A stretch of DNA of 20,000 nt, taken from Pseudomonadota bacterium. Lineage in GTDB: Bacteria > Desulfobacterota > Desulfobacteria > Desulfobacterales > JBDRRP01. Below are positions 15,676-20,000 of the stretch, piece by piece; position 1 is the first letter of the stretch, and every line of letters begins with the position of its first letter. The stretch covers positions 51,167-71,166 of the forward strand of contig JBDRRP010000159.1 in NCBI GenBank assembly GCA_043825735.1. The letters run 5' to 3'. The notes beneath the pieces are model-generated. The model worked only from the letters and a program-made list of their open reading frames with translations, did no database searches and had not been told where the DNA came from. The translations under genes and the position numbers were made by a program.

Positions 15676-16632
15676 TTACCGATCCTTTAAAGGATCTGAG
15701 GCTTGGGTATGTACGAAATAACGCCGACCGTTCAGCGATTGTACGCTCACACTGCCGGCCCGGACCATCTCTGACAGGATCTTCACGACTTCCACGGTGT
15801 TGGCACTGAACACATCGGCGATCTGCTCGGACGTGCACGGGCGTCTGCCGACCATGGCCGCAATGGCACCCTTTAGCGCCGGCGAGGCCCATCCGCCCGT
15901 GTGGGGTGCGACGCTGGGAATCTCCGCCTTCGGGTGGAAAAGCGCTGCCAACGGCTTCATCTCCCCTTCGGACAGCGCGAGGGTGCCTGCCAAGGCCGGC
16001 GGCCGATCGACCGTGTTGAGGTGGATGCGGTCCGGCCGCACCCGGTCGGCGATGGCGGCGATTCGTGCCACGTCGTCGGCAACGGTGTTTAATCCCTTGA
16101 CGAGGAATACTTCCAGCCACAGCTGGCCGGAGTAGGACGCCCTGAATTGGAGAATACCCGCGACCACGCGGTCGAACTCCAGGCTCGGATGGGGTCGGTT
16201 GACATGCTCGTAAGACGCCTGGTTCCAGGCGCTCAAGGATACCTTCACAATATCCGCCCGGCGCGCTGCTTCGCGCACCGCCGCCAACCCGAGCAGGGAA
16301 CCGTTGGTCAGCAGCACGGCCGGCACTTTGGCCGTCATGCGGATGTGATCCAGCACCTCGCCGAATCCCTTGTGCAGCGTGGGTTCCCCCGAGCCGGAGA
16401 GGGTGATGTACTTGGCCCAGTCGCCCGAGCGACACCAGCGTGTCAATTCTCGCCGCACGTCCTCGGTGGGAACGAACGCCCCTCGGGTGAGCGTCTTCAT
16501 TCGGGTGGGCCCCAACTGGCAGAACACGCAATCTTGCGAGCAGGTCTTGTGAGGCGTCAGATCGACGCCCAGCGAGCGACCGAACCGGCGCGATGGTACA
16601 GGGCCGAATAAATGGTGATACGTTGCCGCCAT
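15676..16632 (-). CDS. Radical SAM protein (COG0731/Tyw1-like Fe-S oxidoreductase type)
   Basis: AGGAG RBS before ATG 16632. FGPVPSRRFGRSLGVD, CSQDCVFC, SGSGEPTLH, LTNGSLL and RRPC motifs. Confidence 0.88.
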   Translation of the reverse strand: MAATYHHLFGPVPSRRFGRSLGVDLTPHKTCSQDCVFCQLGPTRMKTLTRGAFVPTEDVRRELTRWCRSGDWAKYITLSGSGEPTLHKGFGEVLDHIRMTAKVPAVLLTNGSLLGLAAVREAARRADIVKVSLSAWNQASYEHVNRPHPSLEFDRVVAGILQFRASYSGQLWLEVFLVKGLNTVADDVARIAAIADRVRPDRIHLNTVDRPPALAGTLALSEGEMKPLAALFHPKAEIPSVAPHTGGWASPALKGAIAAMVGRRPCTSEQIADVFSANTVEVVKILSEMVRAGSVSVQSLNGRRYFVHTQASDPLKDR

Positions 16633-16679
16633 GATGCTCCTGCAGACGTGGGTCGGGTGATGCACTGCCAAAAATAGTG

Positions 16680-16696
16680 AGCATCATGCATGCCAA
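16680..16696 (-). promoter_or_regulatory. Sigma54 (-24/-12) promoter
   Basis: The - strand reads TTGGCATGCATGATGCT, giving GG-N10-GC spacing. It lies about 50 nt upstream of the radical SAM start, beside a sigma54 activator gene. Confidence 0.75.
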
Positions 16697-16821
16697 ATCC
16701 GTTTCATTGGCTGCGTACGGGGGGAAAATTCGGCGGCGGCAGTGTTTGGGGTGTTATTGCGGTGGGTTGTGGGCCACGGGCCATCTCGTTGGTGGCGGTT
16801 GCGTAAGACCGGAACATGATT

Positions 16822-16846
16822 ATAACCGTGCATCATGCACGATTAT
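16822..16846. promoter_or_regulatory. Palindromic candidate upstream activator site
   Basis: ATAACCGTGCATCATGCACGATTAT is a 25-bp palindrome with one mismatched pair, about 130-150 bp upstream of the sigma54 promoter. Confidence 0.55.
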
Positions 16847-18204
16847 CTTTTCTTTCCCCGGCCGTCGGTATCCGGGACCACAATGCCGAGTGAGCGGATC
16901 TTTCGAAACAGCGTGCTCGGATGGATGTCCAGTTCCTCTGCGGTATGTTTACGGTTCCCCCCGTGGCGTTTGAGGATTTCCGTGATCATGACTTTTTCCA
17001 TGGCGCGCAGGCTTAAGGATGACAGGGTGTCGACGGGGGCGCCATGACTGGTGCGCATCTCCTGGGGAAGATGCCGCATGTCGATGAGCTCACCCCGGCA
17101 CAGAACGAATGCCTGCTCGATGATGTTTTCCAGCTCCCGGACGTTTCCGGGGAAATCGTGCTCCAGCAGGCGCGCCATCACTTCCATGGAAACGCCGGCG
17201 ATCTCCTTGCCCATGAGATGGTTGAACTTGGCAACCAAATGCTCCACGAGGAGGAGAATGTCTTCCCGGCGTTCGCGCAGACTTGGCAGCGTGATGTGCA
17301 CCACGCGAATGCGGTAGTAAAGATCATCCCTGAAGCGGCCGTTGCGGGTCAGCTCAGCCAGGTTCTTGTTGGTCGCGGCCAGCACGCGGACATCGGTCTG
17401 AATGGCCGTTTCGGCGCCCAGCGGCTCTATCCGTCGATCCTGGAGTACCCGGAGCAGACGCACCTGCATGGCCGGTGAGACGTCGCCGATTTCATCGAGG
17501 AAAATGGTCCCCTTCTCGGCCCTGACGAAACGGCCGGCCTTGTCGTGTCGGGCGTCGGTGAACGCACCGGCCTTGTGCCCGAAGAGTTCGCTTTCCAGCA
17601 GGGTGTCCGGGAGTGCAGCGCAGTTGACAGCCACAAAGGGGTTGCCCCTGCGCGGCGACAGATTGTGGATGGCCCTGGCGAACAATTCCTTGCCGGTCCC
17701 GCTGGGCCCCTCGATCAGCACGTTGCTGCTGCTCTCGGCAATCTGCGGCAGCACGTCGAACAGCCGCATCATGGCGGGGCTTCGCCCCACGATGTCCTCG
17801 AAGGTGTAGCTGCGGTGAAGCTGCTTTCGCAGCTGCTCCACCTGGCTGAGATCCTGAAAGGTCTCGACGCCACCGATTATTTCGCCCTTGTCGTTTTCCA
17901 AAATGGCGGTGGACAGACGGATGGGCACCCGCTTGTCCTGCCGGTTCACGATAAAGGCCGTGGCATTCACCATGGGGCGCCCGGTTTCGAAGGTCCGCTG
18001 GAGGGCGCAGTTGAACTCGCAAACGTTCGCCTGGAAAATATCGCGGCAGGACTTGCCCATGGCATCGTCCCTGGAAATGCCGGTGATTTTCTCGGCCGCC
18101 CGGTTGAAGGAAGATATCCGCCAGTTCTTGTCCACCGTGAACACCCCTTCGTTGATGGAGTCCAGAACGACATCTTGCACTGGAGGGTTGACGCTGTGTT
18201 CCAT
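16843..18204 (-). CDS. PAS-domain sigma54-dependent enhancer-binding protein (NtrC/Fis family)
   Basis: N-terminal PAS domain. GPSGTGKE Walker A, ESELFGHKAGAFTDA, FLDEIGD, FRDDLYYRI and FPGNVRELEN, followed by a C-terminal Fis HTH. Confidence 0.95.
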   Translation of the reverse strand: MEHSVNPPVQDVVLDSINEGVFTVDKNWRISSFNRAAEKITGISRDDAMGKSCRDIFQANVCEFNCALQRTFETGRPMVNATAFIVNRQDKRVPIRLSTAILENDKGEIIGGVETFQDLSQVEQLRKQLHRSYTFEDIVGRSPAMMRLFDVLPQIAESSSNVLIEGPSGTGKELFARAIHNLSPRRGNPFVAVNCAALPDTLLESELFGHKAGAFTDARHDKAGRFVRAEKGTIFLDEIGDVSPAMQVRLLRVLQDRRIEPLGAETAIQTDVRVLAATNKNLAELTRNGRFRDDLYYRIRVVHITLPSLRERREDILLLVEHLVAKFNHLMGKEIAGVSMEVMARLLEHDFPGNVRELENIIEQAFVLCRGELIDMRHLPQEMRTSHGAPVDTLSSLSLRAMEKVMITEILKRHGGNRKHTAEELDIHPSTLFRKIRSLGIVVPDTDGRGKKR

Positions 18205-18339
18205 AATATTATCAGTTGGTTGTCATACATCTATGCGTTTTGCACGATTGAAGCCGGCTAACTATCGCATATCGCACGAATGCGATCAATGATTCTCCGC
18301 GATCCCATAAGGATGTCCCACACGACTTCCCATCGGCGA

Positions 18340-18885
18340 CTACCGGTCATTTTTCAAAGCGGTTATCTGCTCGCCATCACTGCGCCAGACGTAACAGGTA
18401 TCGGCAAGGAATTGCAGCATGAGCCCCTGGCTGGCAACCGGATCGATGGGGCGGGTGGCGGTCATGCTCCAGAAGCCCTGGACCGCCGCGGGAGCCATGG
18501 CCAGGATGAGCGCGGTGAGGTGTGCGCACCCTTTGGGACCGCCGATCTTTGTCTTCACCGCCGCCGTGAATCCGGCAGTCAGCTGCATCCCGGTCACCGG
18601 TGCCAGCATTTGCAGGGTCTTTTGGCATTCGGCCATCGGGGCTACGGGCATCTCGACTTCCACGGCCGTGATGGTCAACGGCGGGCCTTCGACCCGAAGC
18701 CGTACGATCATGTGGTGAACGCGATCCGGCGGGCGGATCTGGCCGGTCATGGTGTGCGTCTCCCGCAGCCGGTCGTCTTTCAGGATCCCTTCGACAACAA
18801 TGGATTTGTCTGGGGCTTCGTAGGTGTTGATGGCGATTTTCCGGGTATGCAGTTTTTCGCCGCACAGCGATTTAAGATCCGGCAT
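18340..18885 (-). CDS. DUF2889-like protein
   Basis: HTRKI...VEGILKD...HHMIVRL...P..EC...GGPKGCAHL...DTCYVW pattern. AAAGGA RBS before ATG 18885. Confidence 0.75.
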   Translation of the reverse strand: MPDLKSLCGEKLHTRKIAINTYEAPDKSIVVEGILKDDRLRETHTMTGQIRPPDRVHHMIVRLRVEGPPLTITAVEVEMPVAPMAECQKTLQMLAPVTGMQLTAGFTAAVKTKIGGPKGCAHLTALILAMAPAAVQGFWSMTATRPIDPVASQGLMLQFLADTCYVWRSDGEQITALKNDR

Positions 18886-19045
18886 GGTTTCCTTTTCCTG
18901 TTTTCCGGTGGTGGGGGGGGCGTGTGCCACCATAGTAATTCAGTTTTCGATATGCGCCAAGAAAAGCATTTTTAATATCGATTCTTTAACGTTGCGATCT
19001 CTGCGACTTCGCGAGAGATGCGGACTTTTTACAGGACTGTCAAAT

Positions 19046-19816
19046 TTAAGAACGGCAGATTCTTGACCTCTCAATGCTGGCGACCGCGCTTGCTTTCCGC
19101 TTAGAGAGATAGGTCATTAACCCTCTATGGCTGCAGTCCATTGAAAAATCGAAAAGGATGAAAAACGGTGTCAGCAATTGGTCAATGGCCAGTCGATCCT
19201 CTTCGGAGTGGAACTCGATAAAAATGAGTTCAATTTCGGGCAACCAAGACTGGAGATCCGTCAGTATCTCGACTTCGGCGCCTTCCGTGTCGATCTTTAA
19301 TATTGAAATTTGCTTTATGGACAGTTCTTCAAATACCGTCGATGCGCGTCTGAAGTGCGCCTCCACTGGCTGGCTAACGGTACCGGCGTGGGGTATCGTA
19401 GAGCTCTCTACTGTTGACCGGATTCCGGGGTAGAAGTTTGCGCTGCCGTTTTCTGCGAGCAAACCGAAAGGGTAAACATCGATATCCGGGAAACTATGAG
19501 TGTTGTGTTTAAGGTAAGTCCATATGTCTGGGGAAGGCTCAAATCCATAGATTTTTGCCTGTGGAAACTTCAGTTTAAAGAAAATGATTGCGGCTCCAGC
19601 GTTAGCGCCAACATCTATAATCACCATCGGGTCCCGAAAATGCTCAGGGAATCTCCGATATTCCTTGCCACTGACTATTTTTTCGATTACCGCTGCCGTC
19701 AATCCATCCGCTGGTGCCCGTAACGTGGCTATGGTTTCACCACTGTTAGAATTTACTTTGAAGGTCATTTCCTTAATCAATGGTTTCGTCGAAATGATAG
19801 TATTTGAATTTGTCAT
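19046..19816 (-). CDS. FkbM-family SAM-dependent methyltransferase
   Basis: IIDVGANAG, YGFEPSP, ILKIDTEGAEVEIL and IFIEFH motifs. Visibly more AT-rich than its neighbours. Confidence 0.88.
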   Translation of the reverse strand: MTNSNTIISTKPLIKEMTFKVNSNSGETIATLRAPADGLTAAVIEKIVSGKEYRRFPEHFRDPMVIIDVGANAGAAIIFFKLKFPQAKIYGFEPSPDIWTYLKHNTHSFPDIDVYPFGLLAENGSANFYPGIRSTVESSTIPHAGTVSQPVEAHFRRASTVFEELSIKQISILKIDTEGAEVEILTDLQSWLPEIELIFIEFHSEEDRLAIDQLLTPFFILFDFSMDCSHRGLMTYLSKRKASAVASIERSRICRS

Positions 19817-19861
19817 GTCGGTAATCCCATAAGGTAGACTGCAGAATATTTGCCACTATGC

Positions 19862-20000
19862 TGGGGTGGACCCCAAAGCTTGGACAGCCGGATGGGTTCG
19901 TTAAGCTAAGAGCCAGAAGAATAAAATATAGAGGCATCAGGCCGCCTCAGAGTAAGGGTGAGGCAGACCGTAGTAGACCTCATCCGGGGTTCTGTCGTCA
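19862..20000 (-). mobile_element. Right end of an IS3-family insertion sequence (partial)
   Basis: - strand frame 19937-19999 reads DDRTPDEVYYGLPHPYSEAA*, an OrfB-type C-terminus. A terminal repeat TGGGGTGGACCCCAAAGCTTGGACAG at 19862-19887 starts with the IS3-type TG. Confidence 0.75.

Noticed and set aside
15383..16632. RiPP (sactipeptide/ranthipeptide) precursor plus maturase
   Set aside because: This radical SAM has no SPASM or RRE region, the small protein's Cys pattern is zinc-ribbon-like, and no peptidase or exporter is present.
15596..16696. 366-aa - strand ORF
   Set aside because: Alternative frame of the radical SAM gene with no recognisable motifs.
12328..19043. TTGACAATGGCTATAAAAAG (about 12328) and CTTTTTACAGGACTGTCAA (about 19025-19043) as ends of one large element
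   Set aside because: The match needs gaps and mismatches, and there is no transposase or target duplication. Likely chance.
19046..19816. FkbM gene as an arsenite methyltransferase partner of the ars radical SAM
   Set aside because: It has FkbM motifs rather than ArsM Cys motifs, lies on the opposite strand about 7 kb away, and is IS-associated.

Overview
GC-rich bacterial DNA whose gene content and intergenic repeats suggest a Desulfobacterota (deltaproteobacterial) genome; this is an inference. Left part (1-12187, all + strand) is a metal(loid)-resistance and thiol-redox island. It encodes an ArsP/DUF318 permease, a DGC Cys protein, an exported thioredoxin, CcdA, an Fe-S protein, a MauE remnant, a DUF1573-like exported protein with an in-frame TGA at the first Cys of its CGC motif (probable selenoprotein), two exported or anchored rhodaneses, a CDF-MauE fusion and a CoA-disulfide-reductase-like flavoprotein. 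These are followed by arsR-arsC-acr3, tightly coupled to a Cys-rich radical SAM/SPASM gene. Right part (12576-20000, all - strand) encodes a protein strongly resembling plant Whirly ssDNA-binding proteins, a family-3 solute-binding protein, a sigma54-driven unit (radical SAM, small Gly/Cys protein, two stand-alone PocR domains) with its PAS-AAA+-HTH activator, a DUF2889-like protein, an FkbM methyltransferase and the right end of an IS3-family element. Intergenic regions carry a GTAG-type REP doublet and inverted repeats built from 6-, 7- and 8-nt units. All family assignments come from motif recognition, not database searches.
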